Shown: in pieces, positions 63,760 to 64,000 of the stretch | Position numbering within the stretch: position 1 is the stretch's first letter | How the letters are laid out: each line of letters begins with the position of its first letter | From: an uncultured bacterium | Lineage (GTDB): Bacteria > Patescibacteriota > Minisyncoccia > Phycocordibacterales > GWA1-40-21 | Direction: 5' to 3' | DNA length: 64,000 nt | NCBI GenBank assembly: GCA_963798465.1 | Contig: CAWCTC010000001.1 | Location: forward strand, 132,315-196,314 | Notes under the pieces: generated by a model | Told to the model about the DNA's origin: nothing | The model's database searches: none | What the model saw: the letters and a program-made list of their open reading frames with translations, nothing else | Program-made: the position numbers and the translations under genes

Positions 63760-63883
63760 TTAATTTCTTAAAAAACCGCATTCCCGCTTTGATAATAGAC
63801 TGGAGTGCGGTTTTTTTATATTATGCTATACGGAATATTTTATAATTCTATGATAGAATATATCTATTATAAAAGTTGCAAAC

Positions 63884-64000
63884 ATGTTTTTTAAGAATAA
63901 TAAAAAATTATTTTGTCTGGTTTCTTTTTTGTTTTTGAGCATATTATTTTTTCCTAAATCTATTTTTGCCTCTACAACTAATGGAACAATTTTAAATCCT
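63884..64000 (+). CDS. hypothetical secreted protein, N-terminal fragment (runs off the window)
   Basis: ATG at 63884. Signal-peptide-like MFFKNNKKLFCLVSFLFLSILFFPKSIFA. Confidence 0.4.
   Translation, partial: MFFKNNKKLFCLVSFLFLSILFFPKSIFASTTNGTILNP

Noticed and set aside
1-64000. CRISPR array
   Set aside because: The repeated sequences (terminator cores, leader arms, tRNA trailers, double hairpins) are kilobases apart, are not regularly spaced with unique spacers, and no cas genes are present.

Overview
AT-rich, gene-dense bacterial fragment that looks like a reduced-genome, CPR/Patescibacteria-like organism; that placement is inferred from gene content and style. It carries about 75 mostly short housekeeping and envelope genes: ksgA, uvrD/pcrA, comM, pnp, rpsO, a xerC-like recombinase, xth, yraN, cca, nadK, hup, rny, clpP, rsmE, holA, murE, mutM, ruvA, rpsT, tpiA, recJ, a sortase with an LPXTG substrate, rlmH, tsaC, rnhA and comEC. 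There are 7 tRNA genes, none encoding CCA, and no rRNA or CRISPR array. The genetic code is standard, since intact genes end in TGA, TAA or TAG. No recognisable protein-based defence or novel enzymatic system was found. The unusual signals are non-coding. (1) Five of the seven tRNAs are followed by an anticodon-less tRNA-like module: a T-stem helix with a structured insert replacing the T-loop, then the neighbouring tRNA's own acceptor 3' strand. Three of them end in a 17-19 nt direct repeat of the tRNA 3' end. (2) A four-member family of 137-165 nt inverted-repeat leaders runs from a -10-like box to the ATG of four unrelated minus-strand genes. (3) Single-nucleotide frameshifts cluster in pnp, murE and nearly every gene between 27.3 and 33.5 kb, while 500-660 aa genes elsewhere are intact. 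This could be assembly error or real decay. (4) Around yraN (16-17.4 kb) there are perfect DnaA boxes, three parS-like 16-mers and a local change in gene orientation. (5) An IS200/RAYT-like HUH-Y1 gene is bracketed by identical hairpins. Other features include nested double-hairpin repeats, identical GC-rich terminator cores, and a split between leaderless-type housekeeping starts and small accessory ORFs with strong Shine-Dalgarno sites.
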